Translations under genes and position numbers: made by a program
NCBI RefSeq assembly: GCF_006345805.1
Contig: NC_043001.1
Coordinates: forward strand, 114,018,001 to 114,082,000
DNA from: Octopus sinensis
Lineage: Eukaryota
DNA length: 64,000 bases
Direction of reading: 5' to 3'
Shown: positions 63,181 through 64,000 of the stretch, piece by piece
How the letters are laid out: every line of letters begins with the position of its first letter
Position numbering within the stretch: the first letter of the stretch is position 1
Notes under the pieces: generated by a model
Databases searched by the model: none
Told to the model about the DNA's origin: nothing
What the model saw: only the letters and a program-made list of their open reading frames with translations

Positions 63181-63799
63181 TGTTCCTTCATGACTTATAT
63201 TCATATTTATATAACGAATTAGGCAAAGATACATAGACAGTCAAAGTCTAAATATAAATGTGCCTGTAAATGAAGATAGATATAAACCGAGTTACAGGCA
63301 TATCCGATCTGTCTATCTGTCTATTTATCTACCGATATATACATTTGTGTATGTGTTTGTGTATACGCATCTCTTTGATTAATGTTTGTCCCAATATACA
63401 GATCTACTTATAAACAACAACAAAAATTGTTTTCAAGTTTGGTGTCTCAAAATAAACTGCCTATCATTTGCACTGCGATATGTTAAAACATGTTGCATCT
63501 TCTTACCCTACACACGATGTCGAATATTTGTACCGACACAAGGGAATGTTCTAAGAATATGAACTGACATACTGTTAATATCCGAGGCAGCTTTTTCGAT
63601 AACAGATTCTAATTTAGCCGTTTGATGTTGTGGGGTCGTTTTGGTTAAAAATTTCGCATGGCCATCCGTTTTGCGAAAGACATGTGTTACTATTCAGTTT
63701 GACTAACCTTACAACATCATTTCTCCTCGTTTTCTCAATTTTATTTATCTACAGATAGACAGACACATACATACATACCTACATACATACCTACATATA

Positions 63800-64000
63800 G
63801 GCGCAGGAGTGGCTGTGTGGTAAGTAGCTTGCTAACCAACCACATGGTTCCGGGTTCAGTCAACTGCGTGGAATCTTGGGCAAGTGTCTTCTGCTATAGC
63901 CCCGGGCCGACCAATGCCTTGTGAGTGGATTTGGAAGACGGAAACTGAAAGAAGCCTGTCGTATATATGTATATATATATAAGTGTGTGTGAATATGTTT
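63800..64000 (+). mobile_element. SINE family B, runs off the window end
   Basis: ggcgcaggagtggctgtgtggtaagtagcttgc...gaaactgaaagaagcc. Confidence 0.92.

Overview
AT-rich, microsatellite-saturated animal genomic DNA. The repeat repertoire looks like a coleoid cephalopod, most likely Octopus (inference from recalled SINE/LINE types, not a database match). No intact host protein-coding gene, tRNA gene or CRISPR array can be supported; most ORF-track entries are translated (TA)n, (CA)n or (TACA)n repeats. The window is a transposon graveyard: at least four tRNA-derived SINE families (called A-D here), several R4/Dong-like RLE non-LTR retrotransposon relics, one full-length but broken mariner, two further Tc1/mariner relics, Penelope-like (PLE) 3' fragments, MITE-like hairpins and a 5S rRNA-derived copy. 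The most interesting signals are small retroelements carrying hammerhead ribozyme (HHR) folds. One is a Pol III tRNA-headed SINE with an intact minimal HHR core (62528-62852). The other is a structured 353-nt unit with terminal redundancy and a type I HHR fold, resembling a retrozyme (45683-46130). Also notable: an RLE LINE apparently inserted into (CATA)n, a non-autonomous (TAA)n-embedded element, a decayed 344-codon Myb/SANT-like + polyQ + CCCH ORF, and six local inverted repeats, most of them abutting (TA)n. All coordinates and alignments were read by eye.
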